NCBI GenBank assembly: GCA_030141605.1
Contig: JAQGDQ010000541.1
Location: forward strand, 1-64,000
Length of the DNA stretch: 64,000 bases
Direction of reading: 5' to 3'
Source of the DNA: Tubiluchus corallicola
Lineage: Eukaryota > Animalia > Priapulida
This document shows, piece after piece, positions 1 through 11,809 of the stretch. Numbering within the stretch: the stretch's first letter is position 1; each line of letters starts with the position of its first letter. A program made the position numbers and the translations under genes. Below the pieces are notes generated by a model that had not been told where the DNA came from, did not search any database, and worked only from the letters and a program-made list of their open reading frames with translations.

Positions 1-427
1 TGTAAGGGGCCTCTCATAATTTTTGAGTAGTGTGCTCTTTAGTTTCTCTTTGAGATCTTTTAAACTCGTTGAAGATTTTATTTCTGGAGGTGCTGATTTC
101 CAGATATTAATTGTTGCTTTAGATTTTGAGTTATGACCTTGTTTAGTGTTTGTTCCGATTCTGCCTTTTTACGATGTGATTAACTTGTTTGTCGCATTTT
201 GATTTATTGTTAACTTCCGTACCTAAGAAATTGGTTTCTTTGGATTGACAAATTGTTTGATTAAGAACGTTAAGTGTTAAGCTATCAGTTTTTACGTGCT
301 TCATTTGTACTTTTTTTTCAGAGTTCATTTGTAAGTGATGAAAATGCAGAATAGATTTGATTTCTTCTATGTTTTGTTTTAGCATATATACAGGTATATA
401 TGGGTCTGTGTTATTCACTGAGGCCAA
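1..427 (-). mobile_element. Decayed L2/CR1-group LINE 3' fragment; left arm of an inverted duplication (runs off the window)
   Basis: The minus strand translates to LQMNSEKK..., ETNFLGTEVNNKSKCDKQVNHIVKR and ATINIWKSAPPEIKSSTSLKDLKEKLKSTLL. These resemble the post-RT motifs (K.LG...D..L.W..H...I; LWNSLP..IK...SL..FK..LK) of CR1/L2-group ORF2. Bases 1-379 are the reverse complement of 2509-2887. Confidence 0.7.
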
Positions 428-1821
428 TGATAGTGTTTGTGGAAATTGTAATTGTATATTTTTTAGGTGCTGCCATCTATGAACTAATCCTTTTACATTT
501 TACTAGCTAAACTCACCCCTAGTATAATTGTACGGTCCAGTGAATGCATATTCACTGGATCTCTCCCTATTTTACAGTAATGGTTTTTGTGAAGCCAAGT
601 TTGCATAATCACCTATACCTATATATACTGACTGGATTTACTTTCTAGTCACTGTCTAACTCACACTCTCAGTGCAGTGCAGCAGTCGTGATACTCATGT
701 TACTTACTGTCTAACTCTCAGTGTTCAGTGCACGACACTCTTGTTCTCAGTGTTCAGTGTAGCAGTCATTCTACATATGTGTATGTAGTCTAATAAACGC
801 TTTTCAGTTTTGTGCAAATCTGTAGTATAGTTGTTTATTCTTTTTCTACAAAGTGATTCATCTACAACCTCAAACATGACTTTCACAGTGTTTAAATGGA
901 CGTGATTTTTAACACGGCTGCCTATGTTTTTGATGTAAAAGCTTGGCTTTCTTATGATATTTTAATAAAATATTTTTTTGCGTCGTCATTAGTAGATATT
1001 CTAAAATTAGTTGGCCCTGGGTTAGTTTCGAGGCCAGATATTATAAGCAGTAGTTGATATGTTATCAACAAAAAAGACATGTGACAGTTTATTATTGCTT
1101 TAAGAGAAACACACTGTTTAGCTCACGTTTACGATAGAATTTTCTATTGTCATTAGTTTTGTTTTGTGCATTTGCATTATAAACGCCTCTACCATTGTGT
1201 ACAATCGTCTGTGCCTGTGAGGTTTCCAACCAGACATGTTACCTGTAAATTGGCAGTTTTTATAATTTGCCCGTTTTTATAATTTGCCCTAGCAGGTTCG
1301 GCATTATTATCATTATCTGTATATTAATTGTACTGGTATATATACATATATATAAGATTCGAGGCTACATCGATCTAGTGTCGTGCCATTGGAGGTTTAT
1401 TTTTCGAATCGGGCCCACTGGGACGAACGGGGGTTAAATATTATTATATGTCTTTATTAAACTTCTATTTCTTAGACACACAATTTGCAATACATTCATA
1501 TAATTACGAAATACAAAAATATATTATACTACGTTAGTTCATAAGACAGACTAACAAATTCACGTGTCGTTCAAAGGTCAATTCTGTAACAATTTAACCT
1601 TGTTCAAAACCTCACTAGTTTAAATTTTCATTTAGAATATTTTTTTTTACTTTATATGCATAGACATGTATAAACAAACGGAAATTCTACAGACTCTTCT
1701 GCGTGCAATTGATTTGCTTTATCTTGATTTTCTCGTAATGCTCTGTAGAGGATAAAAACGTCTTTTATTACTATACAAATATAGTTAAATTACCAAAGAA
1801 CAATTGCTTCATCAAACTAAA

Positions 1822-2455
1822 CATATTGGATGTACTTGTAGATGTTTTCCCCTCTTACACAGGTGGGCCATATTGGATATACGTATGTATGTCTTTCTTT
1901 CTTACACGAGTGGACCATATTGGATGTATGTATGAATGTCTTTCTTTCTTACACGAGTGGACCATGTTGGACGTACGTATGTATGTCTTTCTCTCTTACA
2001 CAGGTGGACCATATTGGACGTACGTATGTATGTCTTTCTCTCTTACACAGGTGGACCATATTGGACGTACGTATGTATGTCTTTCTCTCTTACACAGGTG
2101 GACCATATTGGACGCACGTACGAATGTCTTTCTCTCTTACACAGGTGGACCATATTGGACGCACGTACGAATGTCTTTCTCTCTTACACAGGTGGACCAT
2201 ATTGGACGCACGTACGAATGTCTTTCTCTCTTACACAGGTGGACCATATTGGACGCACGTACGAATGTCTTTCTCTCTTACACAGGTGGACCATATTGGA
2301 CGCACGTACGAATGTCTTTCTCTCTTACACAGGTGGACCATATTGGACGCACGTACGAATGTCTTTCTCTCTTACACAGGTGGACCATATTGGACGCACG
2401 TACGAATGTCTTTCTCTCTTACACAGGTGGACCATATTGGATGTACGTATGAATG
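1822..2455. repeat. 47-bp minisatellite, ~13.5 copies
   Basis: Unit TGGACGCACGTACGAATGTCTTTCTCTCTTACACAGGTGGACCATAT. The 47-aa periodicity of the three overlapping ORFs equals 3 units. Copies are more degenerate at the left edge. Confidence 0.97.
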
Positions 2456-2508
2456 TTAAATAATCTAAAACAGTTACTTACAAAAAACACATAGTGACAC
2501 AATTCAGT

Positions 2509-2887
2509 AAACAAAACATAGAAGAAATCAAATCTATTCTGCATTTTCATCACTTACAAATGAACTCTGAAAAAAAGTACAAATGAAGCCACGTAAAAAC
2601 TGATAGCTTAACACTTAACGTTCTTAATCAAACAATTTGTCAATCCAAAGAAACCAATTTCTTAGGTACGGAAGTTAATAATAAATCAAAATGGGACAAA
2701 CAAGTTAATCACATCGTAAAAAGGCAGAATCGGAACAAACACTAAACAAGGTCATAAATCAAAATCTAAAGCAACAATTAATATCTGGAAATCAGCACCT
2801 CCAGAAATAAAATCTTCAACGAGTTTAAAAGATCTCAAAGAGAAACTAAAGAGCACACTACTCAAAAATTATGAGAGGCCCCTTACA
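2509..2887 (+). mobile_element. Decayed L2/CR1-group LINE 3' fragment; right arm of the inverted duplication
   Basis: Translates to FLGTEVNNKSKWDKQVNHIVKR and INIWKSAPPEIKSSTSLKDLKEKLKSTLLKNY. It differs from the reverse complement of 1-379 at about 5 positions. Confidence 0.7.
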
Positions 2888-3246
2888 AAAATGATAAAAT
2901 GGCTACAAATAACGATTGTGTCTATATATTACCAGCAGTATAATGCAAATTCCATAAAATAATCGAAATGAAAAGGCTCACTGTAAAAATACATAGGTTA
3001 AAGTCAATTTTAAACATTTTGTGCGTTTGCGTTGTTGGTGTGAATTTGTGAAGTTATATTTTGTAATTCAATTTTACATCTATGTAAATTTTATCTCTTT
3101 TATTCACTTTTTAAAAAAAATTAACTTTTGTTTGTTTTTTCTTTTTAACACTATTGCCTACAACAGTCTTTGACTGTTTATACAAGTAATATTTTCATGT
3201 ATTTTATCATACTTGTAAAGGTATATAACTTGAGCAATAAAGGTTT

Positions 3247-3278
<32 letters not shown>

Positions 3279-3281
3279 TAT
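3247..3281. repeat. (TA)n microsatellite
   Basis: TATATA run read directly. Confidence 0.95.
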
Positions 3282-6200
3282 AAAATAATTTGGTAATTCG
3301 GGCATAATTTCAGGTAGAGTAATTTCAAATTGTCACGTCTCTGCATCGTCGAATTTGTTTCTGCTTTCCAGATAATGTTTGTTCATGTACTTTATATAAA
3401 TCAATAGTAAGCCCTCGGTAAAACTAGGAAATGTTTTCTGTTATTAAATGATTTACTTGAAACGTTTGGGATGATAAGCATCACATTGTATGTGCTTTGT
3501 AAAATTTCGATTGGTGAGCTAGCTCTTTTTTCGTAAAAAAGTTACGTTTTCTAGACGTGCACGTGCTTTGTGCTTTTTAAGTTACTCTTTGCATTGTGAT
3601 TGAGATTTTCATTTTACTGTATTATAAGTAAATATTCTTTGGCATCTGTATTATGCGTTTTTAGCACTTACGTTAAATTAACACTTTTTTCTAGCTCGCT
3701 TGATGTACATGTAATTTGTGGTTTGTAAATTATTCACTGTTCTGTAATTGACATTTTCATTTAATTATTACTATAAATAAATATTCTTAATTTTTTGGCA
3801 TTTAAATTATGTACATTTTAACATAAATCAGATATATTTGCTTAGTGGTTACACTTATTAAGTTTTTAGGCCATTTTGAATGGGAGTTTTTTCTCAAGTT
3901 TTTCTTGTAGAAACTGTATAAGTAGCAACGATACTCTGCTAGACATCTGTACCTAAATATCGCATATTTTCTCCATGTTTTCATTATTGTCGTGTTTGGA
4001 TTACTCGCTGGTGAACTAACTCCATAAAGCGGCCATTTCGCTCTGATGCTGCTGTCGTTTTGACTGTCGAAGTAAAAATTTTTTAGACAGTTTTTGCATT
4101 GTGACATAACAATAGGGTTACTCCGCATTCTAATTTTTTACGAAAGCCTAAAACGGACTCCACAGCAACAACGAACGGCATTCTAAATGCATATCAAGAT
4201 GTGGATCCTATAATAACGATAAATTACCCAAGCAAAACATGTCCAAACAAAAACTCAATGACCGAGCAACCCAATGCTTGGCATTCCGCACTAGTTATTT
4301 TATGACTGTTAATTTTGTTGCCTTAACTTTTTGATCAGTTAATAATTTATAGTTTATTTATAATTTGATTTATAATTTAAAGAAATTACAATAATTTCAT
4401 TTCTGCTCTACCAGAAATAAGAACTACTTTTCAATGCACAACGTTGCTCGATTTTTGAAGTGTTTTAAGGGCATTATAACTCTCGTTAAGTACTCGAATT
4501 ACTAATTGCTATCATGTTACCAAGATTCACTCCGTGTCTATGTAAAGGTGAATTTTCTCTTTGTACACTAGACATAACTGTAATCTATTATTTATGTCTA
4601 ACTTCATGCTAATTATAAGTTCACTTATCACTGCGCTGGATTCATAAAATCCCCGATAAAATAACTTGCTTGTAAAGAAGGGCTTTCTAGTTTTGGAGTT
4701 GTTTAAAAAAACGTATCTTGGAAACTAAGTTTTTTGTACACAAAGTTGTTTTTGTTTAATTAGTCAAATTATTTTATTTGTTAGTTTTTTATTGTTAAAC
4801 CACCATTAAATTCAATTATTTGTTTGAATTATAATTAATTCTTTAAATTATTGTACTGCTTATAATCTATTAAGTTGCAAATTGTTTGGCACTATCCATT
4901 AACTATTCAAAAACCGATGTGGGGTGGCTGATTCGATAATGTTGTTTGTCGCAACGCCATCCACTTTGTTCATAAGTTGTATTTATTGATGTTGTATTTT
5001 TTTGTTTGGGATGAAAATAAAAAATTTGAATTTTGAATCAAGCATTGTAGAACGAAAATAACAGCAGATTCAGAAGGGGGATGCATTTTGAATATTTACA
5101 ATCCTGCTTTTTGGCACTTTCTGGATAAATAAAACACACGACTCGCAATGTTTACACCTTCTGATTTTATGTTTCACGGGGAATTCCATGGTAGTTGGCA
5201 CGCCTCTGTACTACTTACGGCTTCCGTTCGTAAAGCGTTTAAAGACAACTATGTCGGTTTTTTGCAATTTGCCTATATTGGGAAAATCCTGACATGTTTG
5301 AGACCACACAAAACGGCAACGGTTAGCGGCTGAAAAAACTGGCACCGGGCTAGATAGTCAACACTCAGTACGTTACTTTGTTTTGGATGTGCCACTTGGA
5401 TGAATGACGCTTTCTGTAAGAGTAATGGTTTCCCAAACATGGACTTGTGAGCATATTGTCATGTTGACACTCTAAAGTATAGGACCAACCGGTGAACGAA
5501 AAAAGGCGTGGTAGGCCTGTACCGGTGGTAGCTCTGGGGCGTTCGATAGACAGTTAACTGAAATATTGACAATAGTCGCCACCTTGGTTGGTGGTGTTAC
5601 AGTCTTGAGAAATGTAAGGATAAAATTAAACAACAATGGCATGAAATTTAGGCCTTCGTAGGCATACAAGCCAGATAGGCCAAGAAAGATCATTGTTGAG
5701 TGTTAGTCATATGACTGGAGATTGTTCCGGTAGGGAGTTACTGCACAGGTTGCACACCAAGTTTATACATGAGTGTGCTTTGCTGTTTCCTGTTACATGC
5801 TTCCGAGAAAGGGGCTATAAAAGGTGCTTTACCTATACAGAAACAGCTGAGACAGCGGCGGATGCACAAATGGACAGACAATCTACGGTAAAAACCACGA
5901 CTGCATCGGGCGCTTTAGTGTAGAGTTACTTAGTGGTAAAGTTACACAAAGGTACTGCAAAATTTTGGTCCTCGATAGCCTAATAGCTTAGGATTTCAAT
6001 AGGGAAAGGACTGCTGATTATAACACGTTAACTATGTCACTCCTTATAGTACACCCATTTCAAAACTAATATGTTTTTCTAGTAAAAACAGCCCAAAGTT
6101 TGGGCAAGTTTTTGAGCCAAAAAGGCAGCTTAGCCCTAATACCGAAGGACTGTGTTTAGAGAGGCAAAAACTTGGTAACTTTTGGAATCCAAAAAAAATC

Positions 6201-6879
6201 ACGTTCTGCAGTTGTTTTCTTTCCTTTCAATGCTATAAAGATAAACATTTGTAAACAATACACCCGGTTTAAAAATTGATCATAGCACCGGGGTTTATAG
6301 CAACTTTGGCCCGAAATCAGGGTTAACTTTTATTCATACACCCGTTTGAGGTGGATTTTTTTACTGAAAAAACATTTCGTGATAAGGTTTCAGAATTTCT
6401 TTGTAACTGGTTACGTGGTTACAGGATTAACAGCAATTAAAATTGAGGTTAAATAGCATTGGGAAAATTTTCGAATAGCATTTTAAAAAGGCTAAAATCG
6501 CCATATCTCTGCCAGTTTGAGTTCAATTCAACTATTCAAGCGATTTTTGCACAGCTGGCGCAGAGTGACACCCCATCGAATTACATCCGGTTACGTCCGA
6601 AAGAAATTTTTTTACAAATCACAAACAAGTGTCTGTAAGTCTTATAATGATGGGGTAAGTTGTGACAAGGTTTCCGGGATTCTCTGAAAAAGGTTTTTTT
6701 AGGCTCAGAATCGGAAACGGAACAATTACGGTTGTGTTCAGGGCGAGGTTACATAGTTTTTTTCAAAAAGGGTCATAAATCCTTAACCAACGACTCAAAT
6801 GGCTTGAAACTCGGACGCAGACTATACCGGGTCCAGACCCATCATACGTGAGGTATTGACACAGTAGAAAATTTTTACT

Positions 6880-7372
6880 GGCAAACTGTACTAGGGGCGA
6901 ACTGGAATACCTTTATGTTAGCCGAACTGAAATACTTTTGTTAAAGGGATGAAGTAATAACGTAGTAGAGAAATTTGATAGCAGAACTGGACTAGTGGCG
7001 AACCGTAGTTGTGGCGAACTGACACACTTTTGTCAAAGGCACAAAGTAATAACATAGTAGAGAAATTTTACTAGCGACATTTTTTGTTAGGCGAGCGGAA
7101 GCACTTTTATTAAAAGATAAGCTATTAACATAGTAGAGAAATTTTACTGGCGAATTGTACAAGTGTTGAACCGTAATAGTGGCGAACTGTTTTAGTGGCG
7201 GACCATACCATTGGCGAACTGTACTAGTGGCGAACCGTAGTAGTGGAGAACTGTACTAGTGGCGAACCATAACATTAGCCAACTATACTAATGGCGAGCC
7301 GTAGTGGTGGCGAACTGTACTAGTGGCGAACAGTACCAGTGGCGAACTGTATTAGTGGCGAACAGTACCGGC
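6880..7372. repeat. 16-bp tandem/dispersed repeat (TAGTGGCGAAC(T/C)GTAN), probably subterminal repeats of a non-autonomous DNA transposon
   Basis: Many GGCGAAC copies, densely tandem at 7145-7372. AGTAGAGAAATTT recurs at about 6964, 7056 and 7132. Confidence 0.85.
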
Positions 7373-7574
7373 GAAGTACGCACTGGCTAGTGACACAATC
7401 ATTAGATGTCATATGACGCTGGAATCTGCTGAAACATAATACGTTCACGTTGCCTGTGACGTCATAAACATGTCCAAGGTAGCGAGGCACGCTTTGCTTC
7501 TCTACATCCACAGCGTAAAACAAATCCATTTTCATGTAATATTGGCATTGACTTCATTTACTAATGTAATACAG

Positions 7575-7691
7575 TTTCGTTTATAACGATTGGACAATAC
7601 TGTCCTCAAATTTTACAAAAATGTCATCATTGACCATACTGCCCATCGCTGGAACTCTAATGATAATATTAAATGTCATTTCTCAAAAGCG
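7575..7691 (+). CDS. Internal coding exon A of an unidentified membrane-protein gene (FVYNDWTILSSNFTKMSSLTILPIAGTLMIILNVISQKR)
   Basis: Acceptor aatacag| and strong donor CG|gtaagt. The frame is open, phase-compatible with the next exon, and includes a hydrophobic stretch. The acceptor is weaker than the donor. Confidence 0.6.
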
Positions 7692-7816
7692 GTAAGTGTA
7701 AACATAAGGCAAAACGCATAACCAATAATTCATTTGTTTTATTAATGATTTTTTTTCTGTTTTAATAGCGGTTTTTCCTATTTTTTGTGCATTAATACAA
7801 ATTTTTCTCTCTTTAG

Positions 7817-7896
7817 GCCGCTTTATTGTTCAGTTGCAGATCAGTTTGTTGGAAAAGTTAATGCATCTGAAAGTATGTTGAAATCTTTAGTTCTAG
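7817..7896 (+). CDS. Internal coding exon B (PLYCSVADQFVGKVNASESMLKSLVL)
   Basis: Acceptor tttttctctctttag| and donor AG|gtaaga. The 80 nt keep the frame between exons A and C. Confidence 0.7.
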
Positions 7897-8151
7897 GTAA
7901 GATGTGACTTGTTTTAATTAGTTTTGTAGCATTTTTCTGTGAACAGAGAGTTACGCCAAAGTATCAAATTTGTGAGAGAAAAATGATAAGTTTAATACTT
8001 TATGAATCGTTATGACGATGATGACGAACACGGCAATGTTAATGATGACGATAGAAGAAGGAATAAGATGAATGGAAAGGTAAAAAGTCAAAGAAAAGAG
8101 AAAGAGGAGGATGACGATATCCGTGAAAATGATAAGTTTTTTTCATTTCAG

Positions 8152-8282
8152 ACGTTAAGATGATTTCGCTTAACTCTCATCTGAAAGACACAGCAGTCAT
8201 ACCATTCCTATACTTCCACATTGCATTCGTTTTTCTCATATCTGCCTTAATTATTTTGGTAACCCGGGTGTTACATAAAAAG
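8152..8282 (+). CDS. Internal coding exon C with a predicted TM helix (DVKMISLNSHLKDTAVIPFLYFHIAFVFLISALIILVTRVLHKK)
   Basis: Acceptor ttttttcatttcag| and donor AAG|gtactg. The frame is open, with a ~22-residue hydrophobic run followed by basic residues. Confidence 0.7.
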
Positions 8283-9309
8283 GTACTGTGAATAATTAAT
8301 ATAATTATACTTTGAAATCCTTGATTTTTATTATAAACGGTTTAACGATAATGAGCTACATCGTAAAAAACAGTAATTTCTAAAAGTTACGCCGCCCTAC
8401 GAAAATCCTTAGTTCTCATAACTGTGCACACCAACACACAGAATCAATCAGTAGTTAGCTTTCGAACAAAATTAGGTTGTGGCTCATTTGTACACATATG
8501 TTACGGACGGTTTGCCTTAACAACTGACGCCCAATGAAGTACTTATTGTCTAACGGTTGGTGGCAGGACTGGTATTCATGTTTTATGTGTTTTAATCATA
8601 CAGTTACAATTTGTACGGTATATGGTTAGTAACCTACGGGCCACTGAAAGAATTTCCTTAAAGCGTCTTGATTTAGGCAGTTTTTCTTTTTATTGTGACC
8701 AAGTTATATTATATGTAATGTGCTTTAAAATGCTATGTAAAATTTATATACCAGCGCCCTACATTATGTAAAATCTCAGCACGCTGAACAATAAAATACA
8801 TTTAAAATTTATAAGATACATTAAAATTAAAATACATTAAGAAATAAAAAAATAAAATGCGCATGGTTGTTGCGGGTGAAAGTTGCAGAAACTGATGAGC
8901 AACAAAGTAACTTTGGTCATTTGTAACCGAATAAAACACAACTCGACGAGAACCATAACACAGGAATGTGAATACAATTTTAGGCAGAAAAAGATGCAAC
9001 AAAGAAGCTGCTTGGTAAACAAAACCTGTTGCTTGACAACATGAAATGGATAATTGGCGTGGCTAAACTAGCAGTTAATGTTATTGACACTCAACAAGCA
9101 CAGGTACGTATATTGCGAATGATGCAATATGAAATCATAGGCGTAGCTAATTAAATTAGCTGTTAATATTATTGTCACTCAACTAGTACGGATACGCATT
9201 TGGAATAATGAAATAGCGATAAGTACACAGTGTATTATTATGTAAGAGTATTGCGAATGATGTAATAGCAAGAAGCGCACAGATATGCATTGGGCATTAT
9301 GCAATAACT

Positions 9310-10280
9310 AGACGTGTACAGTACACATTGGGAATAATGCAATAGCGAGGCGTGTACAGTACAGTGGGAATGATGCAATAGCGAGGCGTGTACAGTACGC
9401 ATTGAGAATGATGCAATAGCGAGACATGTACAGTACGCATTGAGAATGATGCAATAGCGAGACATGTACAGTACGCATTGAGAATAGTGCAATAGCGAGA
9501 TGTGTACAGTACGCAGTGGGAATGATGCAATAGCGAGGCGTGTACAGTGCGCATTGAGAATGATGCAATAGCGAGACATGTACAGTACGCATTGAGAATG
9601 ATGCAATAGCGAGACATGTACTGTACGCATTGAACAACCAAAACAAAACACACAAAACAAACAAACAACCAAAACAAAACACACCAAAACAAACAAACAG
9701 TACCATGGAATGATGCAATAGCGAGGCGTGTACAGTACGCATTGAGAATGATGCAATACCGAGACATGTATAGTACGCATTGAGAATGACGCAATAGCGA
9801 GACATGTACAGTACGCATTGAGAATGATGCAATAGCGAGACATGTACAGTACGCACTGAGAATAGTGCAATAGCGAGACGTGTACAGTACACAGTGGGAA
9901 TGATGCAATAGCGAGGCGTGTACAGTACGCATTGAGAATAGTGCAATAGCGAGATGTGTACAGTACGCATTGGGAATGATGCAATAGCGAGACATGTACA
10001 GTACGCATTGAGAATAGTGCAATAGCGAGATGTGTACAGTACACAGTGGGAATGATGCAATAGCGAGGCGTGTACAGTGCGCATTGAGAATGATGCAATA
10101 GCGAGACATGTACAGTACGCATTGAGAATGATGCAATAGCGAGACATGTACAGTACGCATTGAGAATGATGCAATAGCGAGACATGTACAGTACGCATTG
10201 AGAATGATGCAATAGCGAGGCGTGTACAGTACGCATTGAGAATGATGCAATAGCGAGGCGTGTACAGTACGCATTGAGAA
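9310..10280. repeat. 38-bp minisatellite (~24 copies) with an A/C-rich interruption at ~9632-9700
   Basis: Unit GAGACATGTACAGTACGCATTGAGAATGATGCAATAGC with variants. The minus-strand ORFs show 38-aa periodicity. Confidence 0.97.
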
Positions 10281-10369
10281 TTATTTTGTTTTATTTTGTT
10301 GTAGTAACAGCTTTTTTGTAAAATATGTAACAATCTTGTATTTATGGCATTTTGGAAATAAACAGAACA

Positions 10370-11517
10370 GAATGTTGTCTTTGTCGCTTGTGGGAAGAAA
10401 GTAACGCCGGCAATTTTTTCAGGTCTAATGCGATATTTAATAGCGATAAGTACAAAGCGCACAGATACGCATTGGAAATGATGAAATAGTGATAAGTACA
10501 AAGTGCACAGATGCGCTATGGGAATGATGAAATACTGATAAGTACAAAGTGCACAGATACGCATTGGAAATGATGCAATAGCAAGAAGCACACAGATACG
10601 CAATGGGAATGATAAAATAGTGATAAGTACAAAGTGCACAGATACGCAATGGGGATGATAAAATAGTGATAAGTACAAAGTGCACAGATACGCAATGGAA
10701 ATGATGAAATAGTGATAAGTACAAAGTGCACAGATGCGCATTGGAAATGATAAAATACTGATAAGTACAAAGTGCACAGATACGCAATGGGAATGATGAA
10801 ATAGTGATAAGTACAAAGTGCACAGATACGCAATGGAAATGATAAAATACTGATAAGTACAAAAGTGCACAGATACGCAATGGGAATGATGAAATAGTGA
10901 TAAGTACAAAGTGCACAGATACCCAATGGAAATGATAAAATACTGATAAGTACAAAGTGCACAGATACGCAATGGAAATGATGAAATAGTGATAAGTACA
11001 AAGTGCACAGATACGCAATGGGAATCATAAAATAGTGAAGTACAAAGTGCACAGATACGCAATGGGAATGACAAAATAGTGATAAGTACAAAGTGCACAG
11101 ATACGCAATGGGAATGACAAAATAGTGATAAGTACAAAGTGCACAGATACGCAATGGGAATGATGAAATACTGATAAGTACAAAGTGCACAGATACGCAA
11201 TGGGAATGATGAAATAGTGATAAGTACAAAGTGCACAGATACGCTATGGGAATGATGAAATACTGATAAGTACAAAGTGCACGAGTACGTATTAGAAATG
11301 ATGCAATATCGATAAAACTGTTTGCGATAGCTAAATATCTATAATCAGCACACTGATACAGCACCACTAGTTCGGTAGGTTCCAACTTTTTATGTAGGTC
11401 ATACATAATGTAGGTCATACAACCAGGCGTAAAAATGAATAGGTGAGACAGATTCACATTAGGCCTGAAAAAATTTCCGGCATTACATTCTTCCTACAAG
11501 TGACAAAGACAACATTC
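10370..11517. repeat. 61-bp inverted repeat pair (10370-10430 / 11457-11517) bracketing the 46-bp array
   Basis: GAATGTTGTCTTTGTCGCTTGTGGGAAGAAAGTAACGCCGGCAATTTTTTCAGGTCTAATG matches the reverse complement of 11457-11517 with 6 mismatches in 61. Confidence 0.9.
10440..11300. repeat. 46-bp minisatellite (~18 copies), related to the 38-bp array
   Basis: Unit GATAAGTACAAAGTGCACAGATACGCAATGGGAATGATGAAATAGT. It shares the TACGCA.TG.GAATGATG.AATAG core with the 38-bp unit. Confidence 0.97.
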
Positions 11518-11542
11518 ATAACTTGATTATCACGCTTTTCAG

Positions 11543-11809
11543 TTACGAGAAGCTCAACATTTAGCACACAAGTACAAAAAACAAATGAATCTACTTACTG
11601 GAAAGCACTATTCTGACGTGCCGCGAGAGGGTATAGAGCTTACAAGAGCCCGACAACATAAATGGGGTGACACAGAAGACAAAGAAGACGTCAAGGGCAT
11701 GGAGCAGCACATTGAAGAAATAAGGAACATCATTTTAACTCTAGCTTCTATAGCCAAAAATCCAAAAGATAGCCGTGAGCACACCAGCGGTAGACAACTT
11801 TTTGACTAA
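11543..11809 (+). CDS. Terminal coding exon D of the membrane-protein gene (LREAQHLAHKYKKQMNLLTGKHYSDVPREG...GRQLFD*)
   Basis: Acceptor cacgcttttcag|, phase 0, matching exon C. It extends the track ORF 11585-11809 by 14 codons. AATAAA lies about 100 nt after the stop (~11909). Confidence 0.7.
   Translation, partial: LREAQHLAHKYKKQMNLLTGKHYSDVPREGIELTRARQHKWGDTEDKEDVKGMEQHIEEIRNIILTLASIAKNPKDSREHTSGRQLFD

Noticed and set aside
1826-2463. Three overlapping 175-208 aa ORFs
   Set aside because: They are all frames of a stop-free 47-bp tandem unit, with no sign of real coding.
5940-6880. Possible large non-autonomous DNA transposon
   Set aside because: The composition is suggestive, but I could not identify TIRs, a TSD or a second copy in the window.
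9238-11457. Long minus-strand ORFs up to 655 aa
   Set aside because: Artefacts of the 38- and 46-bp arrays, which lie in an intron of a plus-strand gene.
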